In this document: in pieces, positions 12,244-22,500 of the stretch
How positions within the stretch are numbered: position 1 is the first letter of the stretch
How the letters are laid out: each line of letters opens with the position of its first letter
NCBI RefSeq assembly: GCF_031769215.1
Contig: NW_026782132.1
Coordinates: 496,001-560,000 of the forward strand
From: Ylistrum balloti
Taxonomy: Eukaryota
Direction of reading: 5' to 3'
DNA: 64,000 nt
The notes under the pieces: generated by a model
The model's input: only the letters and a program-made list of their open reading frames with translations
What the model was told of the DNA's origin: nothing
The model's database searches: none
Program-made: the position numbers and the translations under genes

Positions 12244-15200
12244 AACCAATCATTCCAACACAAAACATTCTTTTATTCAACAAGACTTTCTTCATAATAA
12301 TCAATAAATGAAATTGTCTTATATCACTTTCCAATTGTGTAATGCAAATAGGGGTCCATACCTCCAATTACTACCGCTTTAGACGCAGAACGACCTACAC
12401 ATAAAGAGAAACGACATGTTCGATTTGAATGGCTGGATACTGCCATAGGCAATCAAATAAATTATGTTAAGATGTTTTCAACTTTATATCTTATCAAGAT
12501 TGGTACACTGTGACGTAATCGATAAAATGGTGTTTTTTTTGTCTAGTCTTACCGACTTCGAGTTCTGGAGAAAAATCGCTGATGATAAAGCACATATTGA
12601 GGACCAGTTTGCCAGGAAAATGTATGCATGGACCGCTTCTGTCCGCAAGGAGCTTTCCAGTTTACAAACTCACAAAGGTACAATATTTCGAAAATTGACT
12701 ATTAAGTACTAAATATAGCATTGCAATCATATTCCTCAAAAAGGCAACTAAAAATTCGAATTTAAGTAGATGTGTTTCAAATCATTTTCTACCTGGTAAA
12801 ATATCGTTCAGTCTCTTAATGTTAAGAAGTATATGTTGCTTTCAATATTAACTAAAACTATAGATTCACACCTGACCAAGTCTCTAGAGATGGAATTGGG
12901 ATTCTCCAACCTAAGGGCTGACCAGGCGGAACGGAATTCGATAGCCTTCACTCGGCTGGCACGCCACCTAGAAAGGTACGGAGGTACTTCTCCTTACGTT
13001 CGTTTTTAAGTACACGTCAAGTTGATCTCGGACAGGTAATTATATTTTTTCTTATTATACATTTTGAAAAATGTCGGATGAAATGGTTTGCTGTATACTG
13101 TAAGTATTAATGAAGAATATTGTGAGATAAAAGATAAGAAAACAATATTTCAATATAATCTCGATATTATGTATTTGTCGAACATTCAGATTTACCCATA
13201 TTTTCATGGGTTTCTTTATTGAGTTTCAGGGCTGGGAGGACCAGGTCTGTTGTTTAAAGGTTGCTACAAACCCAGACTTACTTCTATATATCCGAGATAT
13301 ATATAGTAAAGTGTGCTGTGAGGAAGAGTATACCTTTCACAAGGAGGATAGACATTTCTCTACCCACACTACGAACCCCTCTCACTATGAGAAAGGATAG
13401 ATATTTATCCACCCCACTACGCCCCCTCTCACTAGGAGAAAGGATAGACATTTCACTATCCCCACTACGCCCCCTCTCACTAGGAGAAAGGATAGACATT
13501 TCTCCATCCCCACTACGTCCCCCTCTCACTATGAGAAAGGATAGATATTTATCCACCCCACTACGCCCCCTCTCACAAGGAGAAAGGATAGACATTTCTC
13601 CATCCCCACTACGCCCCCTCTCACAAGGAGAAAGGATAGACATTTCTCCATCCCCACTACGACCCCTCTCACCAGGAGAAAGTGTAGAATTTCTCCATTC
13701 ACTACATCCCTCTCGCTAGGAGAAAGACACAGATATATCCAATCCCACTACGATCCCCCCTCTCACGAGGAGAAAGGAGACATTTCTCTCTCACAAGGAG
13801 AAAGGATAGACATTTCTCTATCCCACTACGACCCCTCTCACCAGGAGAAAGTGTAGAATTTCTCCATTCACTACACGGCACAGAGATATATCCAATCCCC
13901 CTTTCACGAAGAGGGAGATTGGACGTCTCTCCACCACCACTACGTCCGCCTCTCACGAAGAGGGAGATTGGAGATCTCTCCACCACCACTACGTCCCCCT
14001 CTCACGAAGAGGGAGATTGGACATCTCTCCACCACCACTACGTCCCCCATTCAATTGATTCTGAAGATTGAATTGGATCAAAACTTTATGACCAGTCGGA
14101 TGATGGGATTTGTATTGAAAATGGGTTTACAATAAGCGCTGCAATTTCTACAATTGGTGAATATAGAGTATATTTTAGGGTCCGCTAGATAACTACGAGT
14201 CTTGTTTTTTTTCTAAACACAGAAACAGCCGAGGTTGTATCTGAAACGTTTTTATTGTACTCCAGTATAGAACACAGTTTTGCTATATCCCAGTATATTT
14301 ACTTAAAACTGCTGTGACTGTGTCCGACGAGTACACGGATATATACCTCAAGTATTTACACAGAAACGGCATATGCTGTATCTTTTTAATGCTGTTCTTT
14401 TAAACCTCAATATATGAACAGAAATAGTTGATGCTGTATCTGAAGAGTACCTCATTATATTATATCTCGGTATATTTACAGGGAAACAGTCGGTGATGTA
14501 TCTGACGAGTACACGGGCCGTATGATGACCTATCGACACCTGTTGAGAACACTGAGCAAAGTCTCTGCCACCTGTCAGCAGCTTCAGCAAGTTGGTATCT
14601 TCATTTGTTCTTTTGCTTGCGTGTCTTGGTCTCAATTTTTTCTCACATTTTAGCAAAGCTCCTAACTTGTTTTCCTTAAATTTCTAAATTTTCGAAAAAT
14701 ATCGGAGTCTGTTGACATAACTCTTGACGGATCAACGGAATTGTGAATGAAACGTGAGAATGTCGGAAGTTTGTAGAATTGGGTATCATGGCGATTATAT
14801 TTAAGATTCCCGTGTCTGTGTCAGCATTTAGTTTACATTAGTTTTTTTTATTATAGAAGCTCGTGAGGAAACGATCGAAGTTGAGGGAACATCTGATGGC
14901 CATAGCCAGGATGGACGAAAGCAGACAGGAAGTGGCGCCAGAACTACATGGTAACATGAAGGAGATCCGTAGAAGTGTGGATACAGCAACTAGTAAATGT
15001 CGCCAGGCCCAGCAAAAACAGGCTTCTGTTGTAGAGGAGGCGAAACAGGTTTGATTTTCCGCACAAAAAATAATATGAAAACAAACATCTACATCATGTA
15101 AGGCAGCGTTTTACTTGATTACATTATCATAAGGCTTTTCGTCCGTAAGGATACGGTTGGTCATGATATATATAAAAAAAAATATATTTTTTTAAAACAC

Positions 15201-18200
15201 ACAAACTCGTCTGTGTACTTGTACTGTTTTCGCTGTCTCTTTTCGAATTCGACTTTGCCATATTGTTACTATCAATGATGGTTTTCTTTGCAAAGAGACT
15301 AATGGTTTTTTCAGCAATCACAAAAGCTAAGGGCTTCATGGATTCACAAAGAAATCCGACGGTCGGAGTTCCTTGTCCAAGAGTGGCTACAATGCCTCAC
15401 AGAAAAGATGACGTCACTAGACACCGACGATAGAGAGTACGTCCGGTTTGTCTGAATTGCCACCAAATTTTTAATAAAGAACACTTTCAACTGCGGCTCT
15501 AACACTGCACAAATCAATGAAATGGTCTTTTGTGTAATTGAGACTTACATTCTTTGATTATATTCTAAATTCGTAGTCTTTGTTGTAAGCACATGTATTT
15601 ACAATATATTCAAAGAGTTAATTTAGTAATTTGCATCGTGACATTATCTAAATATGCTAATTACTTCATGTGCACTTGTCGTGTTGGCAGTAGAAGGTTC
15701 TGTCCCTGTTCAAAATTTTAGAGATTACACTCCTATTATATTGTATAATATCTTTGATGTCATTGGAAAGTCTTGGAAAATCTGGACTTTGAAAAGTCAA
15801 AGTGCTTCACTCAACAATGACTGGAATGTTTGTATGCTGAAATAGCTATTAATGACATTATCGGTTGCTAGGACAATCCCAATTCCACACACTGATATTA
15901 ACAAATTCTTATTGTTCTGAAAAGCTATGGCTTTGACGAGATATATTCTTTTGAGCGACTGGTGGTTTAGTAGAGTGCAATGGTGCTGTCGAACACTGAG
16001 GTATAAGGAATTAAAATTTCAACGGATCAAAATATACCTTTGCACGCTTGAATTTTCCGTTTTAGGTATGAGTGCAAAGCGCTAAAGCTGTCCGATTCTG
16101 TATCCGTGCCGGAAATGGTTGAACGGTTGGCAGAGAACAGGAAGAAGCAGTTCACCATCAAGGTAACGACACTGCTTGTATTGGTATAACTATCAGGATT
16201 CTTGTTCTGTTTCCAAGCTACATTATTGATGTTTCAGAAAATCATGAAATAGTGATATGTTTTCACTAGAAACATTTGTTAAAAACATATTTAGTGTCTA
16301 TAGACGTACGCTTGGATTGTTGAAAGTGTGACCAAGTTGTTGAACTGATTCTGTGATCAACAAAATTCCTTATAAAAGTATCGCAGTATCATGTCTTATG
16401 TGAAATAGACCACAAATTGATTATATCTATCAGACGTCACCAGTATTGTGGATTCGATATTGTTTTTTATCACAGGAAGAGTCACCTTGTTAATGCTAGT
16501 TCATTATGAGAGAAAAAGCCCCCATCTGTTTTAGTTCATGATAAGAGGGAGTGGCTCCCTGGAAGTGCTAGTTCATGATGAGAGGTAGGGGCTCCCTCTC
16601 AATGTTAGATCATGATGAGAGGTAGGGGCTCCCTCTCAATGTTAGATCATGATGTGAGGTAGGGGCTCCCTCTCAATGTTAGATCATGATGAGAGGGAGT
16701 GGCTCTCTCTCAATGTTAGTTCACGATGAGAGGGAGGGGCTCCCTCTCAATGTTAATACATGATGAGAGGGTGTGGCTCCCTATCGATGTTAATACATGA
16801 TGAGAGGGAGGGGCCCCCTGTAAGTGCTAGTTCATGATGAGAGGTAGGGGCTCCCTCTCAATGTTAGATCATGATGAGAGGTAGGGGCTCCCTCTCAATG
16901 TTAGATCATGATGAGAGGGAGTGGCTCTCTCTCAATGTTAGTTCACGATGAGAGGGAGGAGCTCCCTCTCAATGTTAATACATGATGAGAGGGTGTGGCT
17001 CCCTATCGATGTTAATACATGATGAGAGGGAGGGGCCCCCTGTAAGTGCTAGTTCATGATATAAGAGGGAGTGGCTCTCTCTCAATGTTAGTTCACGATA
17101 AGAGGGAGGGGCTCCCTCTCAATGTTAATACATGATGAGAGGGTGTGACTCCCTATTAATGTTAATACATGATGAGAGGGAGGGGCTCCCTGTAAGTGCT
17201 AGTTCATGATATAAGAAGGTGGCTCCCTGTCAATGTTAGTTTATGATGAAAGGGAGGGGCTCCCTCTCAATGTTAGTTCACGATGAGAGGGAGTGGATCC
17301 CTCTCAATGTTAGTTCACGATGAGAGGGAGCGGCTCCCTATCACTGTTAGTTCATAATGAGAGGAAGGGGCTCCCTGTCAGTGTTAGTCCATGCTATAAG
17401 AGGGTGGCTCCCTGGCAATGTTAGTTTATGATGAGAGGGTGTGGCTCATACTCAATGTTAGTTCAAAATGAGAGAGAGCGGCTCCCTTTCAATGCCAGTT
17501 CATGATTTAAGGGTATGGCTTCCTGTCAATGTTAGTTAATGGTGTAGAGAGCAGCTTCCTGTAAATGCTCGTTCATGATTTGAGGGAGACGCTCCATGAG
17601 GTGCTAGTTCAAGATGTCAGGAAGAGGCACCCCGTCATTGCTAGTTCATGATGTGAGGGAGAGGCTTCTTGTCAATACTAGTTCACGGTGTGACAGAGCG
17701 GCTCCCTTTCAATGCTAGTTCGTGGAGCCATGATGCAAAGGAGCGGCTTCTCGTCACTGCTAAACCATGATGCGAGGGAGCGGCTGCGTTAAGTGCTAGT
17801 TCATGATTTGAGCGATATTTTCCAGGAGATGGATATGGAAACTGACATGAGCTTATCTCCGCCCTTATCACCTGTCGTCGTTTCTACCCGAAATAACACC
17901 CTACTGTCCGATGTAGAAACGGACCTTGTGGTACGACTTGACAATACGTCAGAGGATGAGTCACTCGGAGAGGCACGTTTGGATAGAAGGAAAGTGAAAC
18001 TAGAGATCAATTACCATAAGCCTCCAACTTATGAAGGTATGACATTTATTGCAAAATTAAATCCTGGTGGTGTATTGCTTTAAATTCAACATCTACATGT
18101 ATTCCTTTTGAATTTTCTTTGTGCTCGGTTTAACAAAGGGTCTGCACGTCTTTTTGTTGTTATTGTTGATGTTATTACGACTATGTGGGTTGTTTCTCTT

Positions 18201-19596
18201 GTTGTTATCCAGTCATTGCTCCTGTTATTTTTCAGTCGGTACGATTTGTTTTCTCCTGTTATGATTGCCTAGTCGTTGCTTCAGTTTTTTTTTCAGTCTT
18301 TACGGGTTGCTTTCTCCAGTTGTTTTCCAGTCAATACTCTAGTTATTACCCAGTCATTATTGTTGTTTCTCAGTCTTTACGGGTTGCTTTCTCCAGTTGT
18401 TATGCAGTCATTGCTCCTGTTGTTTCACAGGCCTTACGGCATGTGTTTTTATTTGTCTTTTTTTAAACATGTTTTATTGTCTCTTTTGCAGGAGTCACCA
18501 GTCTTATCTGTGAATCTTCCTCCATAGAGAAGATCGATTGTGATGAGGATAGAAGAATTGTTCGAAGTAGCGGAACATCAATGAAAACGTTTCTTCCTGG
18601 GGATGAATTCGATGTCGCTTTGATGGGAGAGGGGGACTCTGGTAAGTTGTATGTATTTGTAGGAAAGAAAGCGTGAATCGAAAGCAATATGAAAGCATTT
18701 TGGTTGTGCCAGTAAGAAGAGGAATTTATATACTCGTCGGTTGTTTAAATATATACTGTCCATAAAATCATACATTGTCTGTAATCAGCATTTTGTGGAC
18801 GTTCGCAAACATCGCCTTGCTTGAAATAATCCGTCGTAAAAAGAGCATTATGGAATAAACTGTTACAGGAATTAAGTTAATGTTACAGGGGAATGGTCTG
18901 AAGTTTAACAATTTGGAGTGTAAAAGGCAATAATTTTACTTTACTGGTAAAGAGGTAGACTTGCTACAAGTCCCAAAATTTAAAAGAAGTTCTAAATCAG
19001 GGGCGTTATATTAAACTCTTACTTCGTCTTTCTTAATGAAAGATTCTGGAGACAAGGCTCAATATTTATGAGATGTCTTGCCTCTGTTGCAAAATCATGG
19101 GACAACCCAGGAAAACAAAGCATAGTGGTACAGATGCCTTTTATGGACATATCCTCTTGGTTTCTTATTATCGCCTTTTATGGATATGTCCTTTTGGTTA
19201 TTCATTGTTACCGTTTATGACCATACTCATAATTATCTTTTATTTTCTTATTGAGTACAGGAGTACAGCCAAAGAAGGTTCCTATTCTCTGTTTGGATGA
19301 AGGCAATTCTTATCACGTGGTTGTAACGAAGGATTATCGGAAAAAGTCTGCTCGGGACATCACTATAAGACGTGGTGAGTAATTAATATATAAAACATAT
19401 TTTGGACTGCTACAGAAAAAACACATTTCCTAATATAGTGATCATTATTGAATACAACCTTACCGTTACAGGCCAGAAGTTAGAGGTGTGTTCCATGGCA
19501 CCAAGGAAGGGGATGCTGTTCGGCTATAAGAAGTGTCGGTTTAGTGGTAAAGAGAAGGGAGGATATTTCCCAGAGGACTGTGTCGTTATCTACTAA
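11048..19596 (+). CDS. 11-exon gene, about 485 aa: divergent F-BAR-like coiled-coil N-terminus, acidic linker and C-terminal atypical SH3 (PACSIN/PSTPIP-like architecture)
   Basis: Exons 11048-11133, 12547-12677, 12864-12975, 14482-14590, 14857-15048, 15315-15445, 16066-16162, 17826-18036, 18492-18641, 19261-19374, 19472-19596. All introns are GT-AG with compatible phases (2,1,2,0,0,2,0,1,1,1); total 1458 nt, no internal stop. F-BAR-like motifs: DDKAHIEDQFARKMYAW (cf. ERAKIEKAYAQQLTDW) and KEIRRSEFLVQEWL. SH3: VVTKDYRKKSARDITIRRGQKLEV...GYFPEDCV. Confidence 0.8.
12209..12241. repeat. (TACT)n microsatellite
   Basis: About 8 tandem TACT units. Confidence 0.9.
12547..12677 (+). CDS. F-BAR/SH3 gene exon 2 (LTDFEFWRKIADDKAHIEDQFARKMYAW...)
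   Basis: Acceptor ttttttttgtctag, donor AAG|GTACAA, F-BAR helix-like motif. Confidence 0.8.
12864..12975 (+). CDS. F-BAR/SH3 gene exon 3
   Basis: Acceptor aaaactatag, donor AAG|GTACGG, open frame phase 1 to 2. Confidence 0.75.
13340..14047. repeat. Minisatellite, about 48-bp unit (GGAGAAAGGATAGACATTTCTCCATCCCCACTACGCCCCCTCTCAC..), in intron 3 of the F-BAR gene
   Basis: Tandem units; 16-codon periodicity in the spurious ORFs 13261-13719 and 13284-13643. Confidence 0.95.
14482..14590 (+). CDS. F-BAR/SH3 gene exon 4
   Basis: Acceptor tatatttacag, donor CAA|GTTGGT, phase 2 to 0; bridges exons 3 and 5 in frame. Confidence 0.7.
14857..15048 (+). CDS. F-BAR/SH3 gene exon 5 (coiled coil)
   Basis: Acceptor tttttttattatag, donor CAG|GTTTGA, 64 codons of helical sequence. 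Confidence 0.8.
15315..15445 (+). CDS. F-BAR/SH3 gene exon 6
   Basis: Acceptor ttttttcag, donor CG|GTTTGT, contains KEIRRSEFLVQEWL. Confidence 0.8.
16066..16162 (+). CDS. F-BAR/SH3 gene exon 7
   Basis: Acceptor ttttccgttttag, donor AAG|GTAACG, phase 2 to 0. Confidence 0.8.
16490..17810. repeat. Minisatellite, 37-bp unit (CAATGTTAGATCATGATGAGAGGTAGGGGCTCCCTCT), about 35 copies, in intron 7
   Basis: Visible period 37; homogeneous core, diverged flanks reaching the exon-8 acceptor. Confidence 0.95.
17826..18036 (+). CDS. F-BAR/SH3 gene exon 8 (acidic linker with LSPPLSP and PPTY)
   Basis: Acceptor attttccag, donor AAG|GTATGA, phase 0 to 1. Confidence 0.8.
18190..18445. repeat. Degenerate pyrimidine-rich tandem repeat, about 55-57 bp, in intron 8
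   Basis: Recurrent cagtcattgctcctgttgtttctcagtctttacgggttgctttctccagttgtt. Confidence 0.8.
18492..18641 (+). CDS. F-BAR/SH3 gene exon 9
   Basis: Acceptor tctcttttgcag, donor CTG|GTAAGT, 150 nt open. Confidence 0.8.
19261..19374 (+). CDS. F-BAR/SH3 gene exon 10 (SH3 first half)
   Basis: Donor GTG|GTGAGT; encodes VVTKDYRKKSARDITIRRG. Confidence 0.85.
19472..19596 (+). CDS. F-BAR/SH3 gene exon 11 (SH3 second half, stop)
   Basis: Acceptor ccgttacag; encodes QKLEVCSMAPRKGMLFG...GYFPEDCVVIY followed by TAA. Confidence 0.85.
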
Positions 19597-22500
19597 ATTT
19601 TGACTTTGTCCATTTCTTAAGTATATTGATATTGCTTTATTATTAAATCGAAAAAAATATACCTTCCTGAATCTTCTTCCCTTTTTCCTTTCTTTCTTTT
19701 TTGCCGTTTCCAGCCCCCGCCGGCCGCACACGGACCTCAGTGTATTTGGAACTATCCTCACTTGATACATCGGGATAGGTCCAAATACACTTGTAACATG
19801 TTCTCAGGTAAAAGTGCTTGCTTGCAGTCTGTCGATTAGTCATTCTCAGATGACTTTTGCTTGTGTTTAATCTGCCAATGTCACAGTTGGATTTGTACCA
19901 GTACGGGTACAGGTAGAGACACGTTATCTCACATCAGCAAAGTAATTATGTATAGAAGTAGATAACCCGGAAATGCAATGTCAGAGGAAGGAATTGCGAA
20001 AGAGTGCCGCTTGATCGACTGTTTTTGTTCCTGAAGGGAAAGCCCACAAGAGATGTCAAGATAATATTACTGGAAAGAGTGAAATCCCGAAATATGGAAA
20101 ATAACCAGGACGAAAAACTGATGGTCCCAGAAATTGTGAAGATGACGCTAAGGTCTGAGATTTTAACCTAAACTCTTCGCTTTTATGCTAGGAGAGTTGT
20201 GATGAAGAAATAAACCATGAAAAATGATATCGCAGACGTTCGTACCAGTGGAATATACAAAAGAATGGCGCCTTTTAATACATACAATTTAATTAGAAAT
20301 AGATACAGTAGAATCGAATAATGAATTCAACTACACCTGATGATAATGGTCTGGAATGTTGATAGCTTGAAGGCGTCTGAGGAAAACCAAAACATGTCAA
20401 AAGGAATATCAAAATCTAGATGGGGAGATGCACAAGCTCAATACTGCGGTTTTCTTATTTCTTAGCAGATGATTTCAAGAGAACGTGAAGTACATGGTGT
20501 ATTTACTAAGACAGCAACCTCAGACGTCCACCAACAAGAGTCTGTCACCTGCAATCTTAAAGGATTACCAAAGATACGCAATATTTGTTCAATACATATG
20601 TGTTATTTGTCATCACTATTATCATTATTTATAAGATGCAGGTGATTCATTGTCTGCTACAGTTAACAGGAACCATAAGCAGATCCCAGGTAGAGTCGTC
20701 AGACATTTGGCAGAAGTCACAGAAAGAGCATCGCCCGCTGGCTGTGTCACCAACCAGGAGAGTCGCTTTGGAAGCACCGTTCTTAAATAGCAACAGGACG
20801 ACTTTCATTACTACACCGCCTTGACCTTGACTGAAAATTGAAATATCCAAAGTCCAAATCTAACGATCGAATAGGGCAGTCTGATAAGGTGACACCATTG
20901 GAAAATTAAATTAAAAAAAAAAAGAAAATAGGGACGTCTACACAACGTGTGGATAACCTTTAGAATATAGATAGTCTATTTCAGGCGATTAATGAGAACA
21001 GGTCATGTGACGTCGGAGCGTGTCATGGTGACGTCTGACGTGAAGTTTATTCTATAGGTTTGCAAATTTTTACTCATGATTTCTTTAGTTTTACTCACTA
21101 CTTCATACCTGGAATCCATCATGTTATATATTTCACTCGTTTGACTCAGTGCAATTTTCTATGCTGAAAATATCTGTAATTGATACGTTGTAATACCTTT
21201 TATAGTTTTTACTCACTAATTTATACAACCATACAACAGGCAATACATATGTCAAGTAATGACAGAAAATTTGAATTAAAAAAATATACAATTTAATGAT
21301 ATTACGCACAATATGGCTAATTTGTAAGGCAAGATGTTTCTGCAAATTTGTGAAAAATTAATACAATAAGAAACCAGCCCATGAACATATCAGATGATCT
21401 TGTTAGAGCAAAACGAGATGATTGCCAGTTCACCATTTTAATCTATATATTGAAATCGCATATAAAAAAAACAGAAGTGTGGCTGACAAAGCTGTGTGTA
21501 CTTCACACTAATCAGCTTATTTGTGGTTTGTGTATGAATACATATTGATGGCCTCACAGTATAGCAGAGAACGATATATGACCAATGATATAGGACACAA
21601 AAATGTATTGATCACCTGGCTTTAAAGAAGTACTTCATAGTCAACTGACCGTTACACCCTCATTACGATGGTTGTTTGTTAATGGATATTTTCAGCATAT
21701 CTTATAAGTTAGAATTTATCATGTTTATTTTGATATTCTTCCTTGTTATGTCATGTCACCAGAAAACTTAATTTGTACTTTTGGGGGGAAAAGAAGGCTC
21801 TCAACACATTGTTTGATTTTCGTAAGAATATTAATTATGTTAATTGGTATACATGACAGCAACCTCTGTCATTGATTGTTTCTGTTTGATTTTATTTATC
21901 TATTTATTTCTTGATGAATGTGATATTGTCGTTTGTCTTGGATTTTACTAGAAAAAAATATAAGAGTTATCTTCTTATCATTTGGTTAAAAACGAACTAC
22001 ACTAGGAAGCAGTTGCTCTCATTTTTTGTTTTTTGTTTTTTGTTTGTTTTTGTTTTAAGCATGAAATGTTACATTATTTTAACTCAGGAAAATTTCCCGT
22101 TACCTATATATTTCTTTAAACGTGTTTTACTTCCACTATTACGGCCTTTCGGCCTATCAGCTGACGAGTCCTACTACTTCTCATTCCCTTGCGTAGATAG
22201 GAAGAGAAGATATTAGTAGGGGTTACTTCCCCTACTACAGTCCAGATTTCAAACTAAAAAGAATTTTAAGCCGAATTGTCGACATAATACATGGATGTAA
22301 AACAAATGATTTCACTTGATTTGTGATAATTATGTCAACATATCGGTATAAATCTTACAAAAAATAAAAAGTAAAAATGCGTTAGCTTTTTTTCAAAATA
22401 AAACGACTTGTAATAATTATCTCAAAATGTTATGTTACTTAATTAGCCAAAACAACTGGATGGCAGTAATACTTATGCCATCTTACGGAAATTCTTTTTA

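Noticed and set aside
13229-13400. Exon-like stretch GWEDQVCCLK... in intron 3
   Set aside because: Not needed for frame; with the phase-2 junction from exon 3 it hits a stop or cannot rejoin exon 5.
13261-13989. Repetitive ORFs (PLRPLSLGERIDIS..., MSILSPCERGRSG...) as proteins
   Set aside because: By-products of the 48-bp minisatellite inside intron 3; open on both strands, with no usable splice phases.
1043-17810. Tandem arrays (35-48-bp units) as CRISPR arrays
   Set aside because: Units are head-to-tail with no unique spacers, there are no cas genes, and the context is eukaryotic.
19960-20850. Purine-rich coding-looking patches downstream of the F-BAR gene
   Set aside because: Frames are short with stops and could not be spliced into a consistent model.
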